The notes below the pieces were generated by a model that saw only the letters and a list, made by a program, of their open reading frames with translations, ran no database searches and was not told where the DNA came from. From assembly GCA_036019775.1 (NCBI GenBank), contig JAYXXD010000001.1, forward strand, positions 3,202-67,201: a DNA stretch of 64,000 nt, given 5' to 3'. A program made the translations under genes and the position numbers. The DNA is from Thermoplasmatota archaeon. Its GTDB lineage: Archaea; Thermoplasmatota; Poseidoniia; Poseidoniales; Poseidoniaceae. Below, piece after piece: positions 56,638-64,000 of the stretch. How positions within the stretch are numbered: position 1 is the stretch's first letter; every line of letters starts with the position of its first letter.

Positions 56638-57929
56638 GACGAGGCGGTCTAACCGTGCGTGTAGGTTTGGTTGGAAAACCAAATGTTGGAAAGTCAACGT
56701 TCTTCTCAGCATCGACACTCATTCCTGTGGACATTGCGAATTACCCTTTTTGTACGATAGAACCCAATGTCGGGTTTTCTTTCATCCCCAGTCGGCAACC
56801 ATGCCCATGCGGTGATTTACGTGAACGTCTAGAGGAGAGTGGGCGCGCTCAATTTAGTGATGAACGAGGTGGTAGCATATGCACTCCAAGGACAGGTTCT
56901 TGTCATGGTCATCAACGTTATGTTCCCTGTTTGCTTGTTGATGTTGCTGGTCTAGTACCGGGTGCGAATGAAGGCCGTGGGAGAGGGAATGCCTTTCTAT
57001 CAGATTTAGCAGAGTGTGATGCACTAATCCAAGTCATTGATGTTGCTGGTACGACAGATATCGAGGGAAACCCTACCGGATTGAAAGCAACTAAGGAAGA
57101 AGCCATTCAACAGGCTCTTGCAGAGGTAGAATTTCTCACGAATGAGTTGGATGCTTGGATTCTTGGCCTTGTAAAAGACGGTTGGTCCAGAGGTGCTCGG
57201 AGAATACAAGCCGAAGGCGTGAAAGGATTTACACAATTTCTTCAAGAACGTCTATCCGGTTTAGGTGCAACCGAAATAATGTGTCAACGATCTTTTGATA
57301 TGTTTGCACAAAAGCACTCCGACATGACGTCACCATGGGATTGGTCTGATGATGTGTTGATACTTCTCGCCTCGTCTCTGCGTGTAAATTTATTTCCAAT
57401 CTTTGTCGCAGGAAACAAAGCAGATTTAGCACCAGAAGGCGTTGTTGAACACCTTAATGCAATGCTTCCATCATTCACACCTTGTTCCGCTGAAACTGAG
57501 CTTGCACTTCGTCAAGCAGGTAAAGCAGGATTCATTACCTACAAGTTGGGCGACTCATTTTTTGAATTAAATAAAGACCAATCTATGAGTGAAGCACAAC
57601 AGAAGGGTCTCGATGTATTAGCAGAACGTCTGCATAGAATGCAAGGCACTGGAATTCTCAAGTTGCTTGATCAAGTGTTGTTTGATGAACTTGAGCGTAT
57701 TGTGGTTTATCCTGTTCAGGATGAAGCTCAATGGACTGATGGTGAGGGGCATGTTCTTCCCGATGCATTCGTCGTTCCAAATGGAATACAAGCAAAGCAA
57801 GTTGCTTACAAGGTTCATTCAGACCTTGGTGATGGATTCATCAAGGGCGTTGATGCTCGCACACGACGAATTGTTGGTGCTGAACATCAACTTACAGACG
57901 GAGATGTTCTGAGGATCCATTCTAAGTGA
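56634..57929 (+). CDS. ychF: YchF/Ola1-family GTPase with C-terminal TGS-like domain and a Cys-rich insertion
   Basis: G1 GLVGKPNVGKST, ANYPFCTIEPNVG, G3 DVAGLV, NKAD (G4); insertion PCPCGD...C...CHGH; start GTG 56634 or 56655. Confidence 0.8.
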   Translation: MRRGGLTVRVGLVGKPNVGKSTFFSASTLIPVDIANYPFCTIEPNVGFSFIPSRQPCPCGDLRERLEESGRAQFSDERGGSICTPRTGSCHGHQRYVPCLLVDVAGLVPGANEGRGRGNAFLSDLAECDALIQVIDVAGTTDIEGNPTGLKATKEEAIQQALAEVEFLTNELDAWILGLVKDGWSRGARRIQAEGVKGFTQFLQERLSGLGATEIMCQRSFDMFAQKHSDMTSPWDWSDDVLILLASSLRVNLFPIFVAGNKADLAPEGVVEHLNAMLPSFTPCSAETELALRQAGKAGFITYKLGDSFFELNKDQSMSEAQQKGLDVLAERLHRMQGTGILKLLDQVLFDELERIVVYPVQDEAQWTDGEGHVLPDAFVVPNGIQAKQVAYKVHSDLGDGFIKGVDARTRRIVGAEHQLTDGDVLRIHSK

Positions 57930-57933
57930 CAAT

Positions 57934-58320
57934 TCAATGCCCTTTTGGTCGCTCATATTCAGGTGTCAGCCGAGCAAGATTGCTCGAGTATTTTGCTGCA
58001 CCAGTGATAAAGACAACAATCGACGCAAGCGTAAGCAATGTGAGCATGATTAGCATGTACCAGCCCCATGGATCAACACCTCGAATTGTGGTGATGAAAA
58101 TTCCCCACAAAACGGTCAGATAGAGAAATGGACGGTAGCGGCGAGTGACGGTACTCAGTCGGGCCGACTTCAGGGTATCGTCGTAGAGGTTTGCAACCTC
58201 ATCTTTGCTAACATAACCATGCTCGACTCCACAACGAGAGCAAACTTGTGTGTTTGGTCCGTTCCCGTGAATAAAAAATTCACGAGGATAGGTTCCAGAG
58301 CAGAGTCGACAGATTGGCAT
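57934..58320 (-). CDS. Zinc-ribbon (CxxC...CxxC) membrane protein, 2 TM
   Basis: CRLCSG...CSRCG then two hydrophobic helices. Confidence 0.45.
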   Translation of the reverse strand: MPICRLCSGTYPREFFIHGNGPNTQVCSRCGVEHGYVSKDEVANLYDDTLKSARLSTVTRRYRPFLYLTVLWGIFITTIRGVDPWGWYMLIMLTLLTLASIVVFITGAAKYSSNLARLTPEYERPKGH

Positions 58321-58369
58321 CTTGTTCCCTCATTCCAATCCAATAGGTGCCGTCATTTCAACCATGCGC

Positions 58370-60568
58370 TCAAGAATCTAGGAATTTCGAAAGAATGTAA
58401 ACTCCAGACTGGCTTCCAACTGATTCAGGATGAAATTGAATACCAAAAACTGGGACATCGCTTGAATGGAAACCAAGAACCAACGATCCTGTATCATCGG
58501 TTGCATCGAGAGTGAGCTTTGAATTTTCGTGAACATCCGCTGATAAAAATGTCAAGGAATTGTAACGTGTCATCATGACATCACGAAGCCCTTCGAACAT
58601 GTTCTTCTCTTCATGGAGACATTTGACAGGTATGCCATGAACGGGACCTATCGGGCTCGGGACAAGACTCAATCCTGCAACTACTCCAATGGCTTGATGC
58701 CCAAGGCAAATCCCAAGCAGAGGAGGTGTTTCTCCCCTTAGCGATAATCTTGCTAATTCCATCGTAAGAGGGCTATCATTCGGCCATCCAGGGCCTGGTC
58801 CAAGAATAATGTGTGATGGTTGCAGATCATCGAGCAACTGTTGGGCAGAAAAATCTATTTTTTCACGTCCAGAAACAATGTTCACGTGATGCCCTAAGCC
58901 ACATATTTCATGAGCAATGTTGTATGTAAATGAATCCAAATTATCAACGAGTAGGACTGCATTTTTCTTGTATTGTGATGTTTGAATTTGGCAAGAGACC
59001 TGGTGAGTACTCTGGTTCGACTCAAGAGGCAGAGGGTATATTCCCAGCGTTTTTTCAGGACTTGAGCTGAAAGAATCGTTTATCCAGCCACATGAACGTA
59101 GAAGAGCATTGGCTTTCCATTTCGCTTCTGCAACCTCTGATTTTGGATTGGATTCGATGGTAATTCCACCGCCAGCAGAAACTGAAGAGTGCCACACTCC
59201 TTTTCGTCTATGTAGTTCTGCCGTGCGGATGAGAATGTTCCATGATGAGTATCCTGTCAAAGGATCAAACCACCCGATTGAACCGGTCCAAAACGAACGT
59301 GGTTTTCTCTCCAATTCATCAATTGCTGCACAGACTACTGTTCTAGGACATCCCGTAATCGAACCCCCGGGAAATACATTCTCTATGGCATCAAAGAGAT
59401 CGATGTCATCTCGTAACCGTCCCTTTATTCGCGATACGAGATGTTGAACCTCTGAATATGCTTCAACATCAAATCGGTCGACCCAAACCTGATTTGGTTT
59501 CGCAATTCGCCCGATATCGTTTCGCATTAAATCAACCAACATTCGATGCTCAGCACGCTCTTTACGGTCGGAAATCATGTCCTCGCGAAGAAGTAATTCT
59601 TCTGCATCTGACGCACCTCGTGGAGCAGTTCCTTTGATTGGAGCGGTCGTAATGATTCCATTTTCTGTGCAAAGAAGCGATTCAGGTGATGCTGAAACAA
59701 GAGCAAATTCCTCATCTTTCATGTGGAGAAAACCAGAATATGGTGCAGGATTTGATGCAATAGAATGCCGGAAAACATCCCATGGTTCGGATTGAATTTC
59801 ACCTTCCCAAGTGCGTCCATAGTTCAATTGATACAACTGCCCATCGACAATAGCTGATTGAACATCCTTGACTACTTCTTCATGCTCGCCATCAGTACAA
59901 TTAGAACTTGGTAGTTGAGCGAGCAATGTTTCAATTTCATCAAGCTCTTCCTTTACATCGTTAAGACAATTCAACGCACCGCTTCTCCAATTCTCATCTG
60001 TCGATAAAACCAAAAAACAATCACGTTCTTTGTCATATACTATACAACGTTCAATGTGCCATAAAACGCATAATAAATTCCCCTCAGCTGGCGGATATTG
60101 AAGTCTCAGTGGTTGTGTCAATTGCAAGAGATCGTAGGAAAGCCCTCCTGCCCAAAATGGACCACGGAATGGAAGATCTTTAGGACATTCTCCAGAAAAC
60201 GTGGATTCATTTGCCGGGCACATTTCTCTCAGTCCTGTAGCTAATGACGAATGTGAGCTCGTTGAGGATTGAATCCAAATTTTACCGTTCCATTTCTCTT
60301 CTCGGAATGTAAATTGTGGTCTTTCTTCAAGGCGAATATCACCTGAAAGAGGTGAATGTCTTTGCTGCATTGGTAGAGTTTCACTTGAAGGCTGTCGGAT
60401 GGTAACTCGAGTGGTTGAGGGGCCACATAAGAACGAAAAACGGGACAAATGACTCGTAGGTCCTGCTGAAACGAGCATGAATTCATCACTCGTTCCAAAT
60501 GCACCAGCATTTGGGCCAATAAGTCCCCGTTCGATGAGGAGCTGGCGAATAGAGTTCATCGATTTCAT
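58370..60568 (-). CDS. pabBA: Aminodeoxychorismate (or anthranilate) synthase, fused component I (chorismate-binding) and glutamine amidotransferase
   Basis: Chorismate-binding PGGSITGCP...SVSAGGGITIESNP; GATase LLGICLGHQAIG, HPES; start at MKSMNS gives ATGA overlap with pabC. Confidence 0.8.
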   Translation of the reverse strand: MKSMNSIRQLLIERGLIGPNAGAFGTSDEFMLVSAGPTSHLSRFSFLCGPSTTRVTIRQPSSETLPMQQRHSPLSGDIRLEERPQFTFREEKWNGKIWIQSSTSSHSSLATGLREMCPANESTFSGECPKDLPFRGPFWAGGLSYDLLQLTQPLRLQYPPAEGNLLCVLWHIERCIVYDKERDCFLVLSTDENWRSGALNCLNDVKEELDEIETLLAQLPSSNCTDGEHEEVVKDVQSAIVDGQLYQLNYGRTWEGEIQSEPWDVFRHSIASNPAPYSGFLHMKDEEFALVSASPESLLCTENGIITTAPIKGTAPRGASDAEELLLREDMISDRKERAEHRMLVDLMRNDIGRIAKPNQVWVDRFDVEAYSEVQHLVSRIKGRLRDDIDLFDAIENVFPGGSITGCPRTVVCAAIDELERKPRSFWTGSIGWFDPLTGYSSWNILIRTAELHRRKGVWHSSVSAGGGITIESNPKSEVAEAKWKANALLRSCGWINDSFSSSPEKTLGIYPLPLESNQSTHQVSCQIQTSQYKKNAVLLVDNLDSFTYNIAHEICGLGHHVNIVSGREKIDFSAQQLLDDLQPSHIILGPGPGWPNDSPLTMELARLSLRGETPPLLGICLGHQAIGVVAGLSLVPSPIGPVHGIPVKCLHEEKNMFEGLRDVMMTRYNSLTFLSADVHENSKLTLDATDDTGSLVLGFHSSDVPVFGIQFHPESVGSQSGVYILSKFLDS

Positions 60569-61323
60569 TCCCAAACCTCTGTCCAAAGATTTTCGTTCTT
60601 GTACTGTCCATCGAGAATTGAAACACAATGTTCGAAAAGGAATGAACTTTCATTCCCGATCGGATCACCATCGATTGAATCGATTTTTAGTACATTTACT
60701 CCACTTCCGACGGCGATAGCCTCAACGCATCGAGCCACAAGGCGCTCATTGAGAATTCCACGTTGAATGAAAAACCCCTTCATCACCAATTCATCTTCAA
60801 GCAACTCAAAGGTAATTGAATCAACCGAAAGTTCTGAACTACTTCTCCAAATAACACCGTCTTCATCCAAGATAAGAGGTGTACATCTATCGCAATCAAT
60901 AATCGAATAATTGTGAATAAGGAGAGCTAAATCAGCCCCATGACGCTCTGCACGCTCTCGGGCATCACCATATGATTTCCATTCACCATGTTTCGTTCCA
61001 GCTACACGCTTTGGCCAAACTTTACTGGGTACTGTAATGGCGTCCACTTGTTCGTTTTGAATTGAAAATGAGCGATATGAGATGCGGAGTTCGAGAGTAG
61101 AAGTGCATTCAAGCCGAAGGAGACCTTCAGTTAAATCAGGAGGGTTTTTTTGAAGCAAGTCGAGAATTGAATCAAAATCAATTTTCGAAGTATCAATTCT
61201 CAATTTATCGGCATGAAGCCTCAAACGGTTGAGATGATTTTCGAGCAAAAATACGCCTTGGCTTTTTGAAAACCTCATTGTTGTGAATACCGATGACCGA
61301 GGGCCCTGTTTAACCCCGCTCAT
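60565..61323 (-). CDS. pabC: Aminodeoxychorismate lyase-like (fold-type IV PLP enzyme), PabC candidate
   Basis: 252 aa; N-terminal FTTMRF..G.FLLENHLNRL resembles ADC lyase / class IV aminotransferases; operonic with pabBA. Confidence 0.55.
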   Translation of the reverse strand: MSGVKQGPRSSVFTTMRFSKSQGVFLLENHLNRLRLHADKLRIDTSKIDFDSILDLLQKNPPDLTEGLLRLECTSTLELRISYRSFSIQNEQVDAITVPSKVWPKRVAGTKHGEWKSYGDARERAERHGADLALLIHNYSIIDCDRCTPLILDEDGVIWRSSSELSVDSITFELLEDELVMKGFFIQRGILNERLVARCVEAIAVGSGVNVLKIDSIDGDPIGNESSFLFEHCVSILDGQYKNENLWTEVWE

Positions 61324-61362
61324 GCTTAGTCCTCAACGCGCTATGCCTTGAGCATCTCGGTG

Positions 61363-64000
61363 TTACAACAAGTCATCAAGGAATGATGTATCTACTGATG
61401 AGGTTGACTTCTGCTGAGTTTTCCCGATATCGAGGTCGTTCAATAGAGAGTCATCTAGGTTGGTTCGTACAGGACTCATTACTGGCATCTGTGGAACATA
61501 CTGCTCTCTGCCGTTTTCTTGACGTTCAATCCGATCAGCAGCTTGGAAGAGCGTGTCGGTTTGAACTGGTGTTGTAGGTGGAGGAGGAGGCACATTTGAC
61601 TGTGAGGGAGTGTTCCACGAGTCATCGCTGATTCCCCAAGTAGCCGCTTGAATATCCCACTCTTTATCTCGCTGGTTTCGCTTTCCTCTTCCACGGAAGA
61701 TGGCGATAAGAAGCAAGAGCGATATGAGAACAAGCCCTGTTGCTACAAGGTTTGGTGTTGTCAGTAATGACTCAAGACCTTCCTCAGGGCTGTCAGTCAA
61801 CTCATCACTTCCAGCATTCACAGCGGTGATTCGTACAGCATCGACCGTTCTTCGAACTTCATTTTCATCAAAGGTTGTTACAGAAATGAACCAGTCCGAC
61901 GAATTTACAAGGCTTTCAAAAATGGTGCTTGTTATTTTGAACGAATTCAAGGTTTGCGTCTCTCCAACAAGTGTTGCATCGGAAATATCCATGAAATCTT
62001 CTGAACTAATGTGTATCTGGTATCCCTTGACATTCAGGTTATTGGAATGATTCCATGTAACCAAGATATCGCTTTCTTCAACCCATTTGAGCGTAATTCC
62101 GTCGATACTCGGCAAATAATTGCCTGGATCAGTTATTCCATCATCTACCGATTGTGCCGAAACGACCGTTAGATCTGTTTTGAATGAATTTGCAGATGAA
62201 TCAACAGGGACAACTGTAACCCAAGTTTCTTGTCCAGGTAGAACTGGCAGGCCACCTGCTAATTCTGAAATGGTTAGTGGAAGAGCAGGGTCCCGACTGA
62301 GAGTGATAATTGGAGCATTGGGCCCATCTGCTCCAACTCCGACGCTTGTAAAGGACCATGATGCAGCATAGATTGCATATTCGGTTACGTCTCCTGCCGT
62401 AGAGAGTTCGAAATCAAGGTTGAGGGCTGAGCCATCATCCATCGGGCGGTCATAGAGGCTAATATTTCGAAGTCTTGGAGGGGGGTTTGTATCCTCAAAA
62501 TTATTGATTGGTGTTACACTTGCAGATAGCAATGCATCAGTGTAAACATTACCTTGGAGGTCATGAACGGTGACGGTTACAAACAACTCAATTCCAGGTT
62601 GAATCAATTGAGGTGTATCAGATGGCCCAAACTGATTGCTTTGCGTTGAATCACCATAGAGTGCAGTATTCAACGTCAACTCAATCGGGTTTTTCTCTTC
62701 ATCAATCCATTGTTTGTCGATAACGATGCAGCCACAATTACTTGAATCATCACCGTAAGAATTCCATAGATACCCAATATCGTCAACAGGTTTGTCAGCT
62801 GCCCAGACTACGTATTTACTGAAATCTCCAGCATCTGAAATTGACCATACAACATCGATTGCAGTCCCATCATCGTTCGGATGGTCGTAAGCTTGTATGC
62901 TTTCAATTCGTGATGGAGGTATTGCAGAACCGTTTGAATTGTCAAGGGGGGTTGCAGTTACAATCTCAACACCATTGAGGTTGCCATTTAGCCAAGTGTC
63001 GAACGCAACAACTCCGATGTAATATTCCAAATTATTGGATAGAGGTAAATCGCCAATCTGAGATATAACGGTTGAATTTTCATCGCAACTGTTGACAACA
63101 CTTGATTCTGAAAATCCTGCCACAGATGTGGGATCTGTGGTGAAAATTACGTCTGTGATGGCGTATACGACATAAAATGCACAATCATCTTCGGGACTGA
63201 TGTCCCACCCGACAGTAATGCGCCCACCTTCATCATCTGGGGTATCAATAGCCCAAACATTTTCCAATTTAGCGGGCGGTATTCCGTCATCAACGCCTCC
63301 CGTTGGAACAACAGGACCAATGATCGTTGCATTCATTACATCTTCTTGTCCAATCAAATCTACACATGTAAATCCAAGCCAGTACGGCTTTCCAGCCTCC
63401 AAATTAAGGATGGTGGTATTTCCTTCTGATGGCACGACAGAGGATTCAACAGAAAGCCCCAGGATGTTTGTCATAGGTTGAGTGGAGGCATAAATTCGAG
63501 TTTCAAGCAGGTCAAGAGCAGTACATCGCGACCATTCAGTTTCCAAATCACCTGGAACTCCACCTTCCAAAGGTTGAGCAGTTGCCCAATTCGGTGGCAT
63601 TGGAACTTCGTTACTGGTAGTTACTGGGCCAAAGACTTGACTTGGTATTCCGAATCTACCATTATTGTACTCTACAACTACAAGCGCATAATATTCGGTA
63701 CCATCTGAAAGTGGCACTCCGTTTGCAGTCGTAATATCAGCTTTCAATCGACTGTGTATGGACTCGGATTTGTCAATGATTCGACTGGTGAGATCGAAAT
63801 CTGTCGGAAGACCGGTCCAGGGTTGATCACTTACATACACTAAGTAGCGGCTGAAATCCGGATCGTGAACTAACGTCCATTCAACGGTTAGAGCACCACC
63901 GCCATCATCAGGTCTGTCATACATGTCTGAAATCTCAACGGGGGTATCCAATCGAACCCAGTCATATGTTAATCGGACCTCTATTGAACCGTTTGATGGA
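61363..64000 (-). CDS. Large surface protein with repeated FN3-like modules, C-terminal TM anchor and Pro-rich cytoplasmic tail; 5' end lies beyond the window
   Basis: Frame is open to the window edge (track start 63951 is a TTG); repeated YD.P.DDG.A..V.W.....DFS.Y.VY modules; TM LVLISLLLLIAIF; tail PPPPTTP. Confidence 0.75.
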   Translation of the reverse strand, partial: PSNGSIEVRLTYDWVRLDTPVEISDMYDRPDDGGGALTVEWTLVHDPDFSRYLVYVSDQPWTGLPTDFDLTSRIIDKSESIHSRLKADITTANGVPLSDGTEYYALVVVEYNNGRFGIPSQVFGPVTTSNEVPMPPNWATAQPLEGGVPGDLETEWSRCTALDLLETRIYASTQPMTNILGLSVESSVVPSEGNTTILNLEAGKPYWLGFTCVDLIGQEDVMNATIIGPVVPTGGVDDGIPPAKLENVWAIDTPDDEGGRITVGWDISPEDDCAFYVVYAITDVIFTTDPTSVAGFSESSVVNSCDENSTVISQIGDLPLSNNLEYYIGVVAFDTWLNGNLNGVEIVTATPLDNSNGSAIPPSRIESIQAYDHPNDDGTAIDVVWSISDAGDFSKYVVWAADKPVDDIGYLWNSYGDDSSNCGCIVIDKQWIDEEKNPIELTLNTALYGDSTQSNQFGPSDTPQLIQPGIELFVTVTVHDLQGNVYTDALLSASVTPINNFEDTNPPPRLRNISLYDRPMDDGSALNLDFELSTAGDVTEYAIYAASWSFTSVGVGADGPNAPIITLSRDPALPLTISELAGGLPVLPGQETWVTVVPVDSSANSFKTDLTVVSAQSVDDGITDPGNYLPSIDGITLKWVEESDILVTWNHSNNLNVKGYQIHISSEDFMDISDATLVGETQTLNSFKITSTIFESLVNSSDWFISVTTFDENEVRRTVDAVRITAVNAGSDELTDSPEEGLESLLTTPNLVATGLVLISLLLLIAIFRGRGKRNQRDKEWDIQAATWGISDDSWNTPSQSNVPPPPPTTPVQTDTLFQAADRIERQENGREQYVPQMPVMSPVRTNLDDSLLNDLDIGKTQQKSTSSVDTSFLDDLL

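Noticed and set aside
1-64000. CRISPR arrays, transposases, integrases, toxin-antitoxin pairs
   Set aside because: No regularly spaced direct repeats, DDE/tyrosine-recombinase motifs or typical small TA gene pairs were seen by eye. A computational repeat finder would be needed to exclude short arrays.

Overview
This window reads as a gene-dense (about 90 percent coding) stretch of an archaeal chromosome. The archaeal assignment rests on a TFIIB-type transcription factor (TFB), an MCM helicase, GatE, tRNA methyltransferase Trm1, two PAC2-family proteasome-assembly-chaperone homologues, two Pth2-type peptidyl-tRNA hydrolases, and a tRNA-Arg with the archaeal-style GCG anticodon. Many genes are joined by 4-nt ATGA/GTGA stop-start overlaps, GTG and TTG starts are common, and several genes carry Shine-Dalgarno-like GGAGG/GGTGA motifs. 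The proteome is acidic. Several very large secreted, C-terminally membrane-anchored surface proteins (FG-GAP, Ig/cadherin-like, PKD and FN3-like repeats) suggest a planktonic Thermoplasmatota/Euryarchaeota-like organism such as a marine group II archaeon; this is inference only. Housekeeping genes present are purM, a pabBA fusion with pabC, ltaE, a short phosphatidylserine-decarboxylase-like gene, a YchF-like GTPase, a prolyl aminopeptidase, a HAD phosphatase, a 4HBT thioesterase and an MFS permease. The most unusual content is bacterial-type DNA-end-processing and repair machinery in an archaeal context: a translationally coupled AddB-like (1239 aa) plus AddA/RecB-like (1657 aa) helicase-nuclease pair; an NAD-dependent LigA ligase fused operonically to a PPC/DUF296 protein; and a Cas4-like Fe-S PD-(D/E)XK nuclease convergent with a DEDDh exonuclease that has a DUF3820-like tail. 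Other candidates worth a second look: two adjacent secreted proteins sharing an N-terminal C-x(1-3)-C-H module; a beta-propeller protein with a DUF4430-like corrinoid-binding-type domain next to a putative ECF S-component; a polytopic membrane protein ending in two canonical EF-hands; a CX7CX2C Fe-S (radical-SAM-like) protein; tandem Pth2 paralogues; and a 753-aa zinc-finger protein with no recognisable family. No CRISPR array, transposase or integrase was seen. Both window edges cut through genes.
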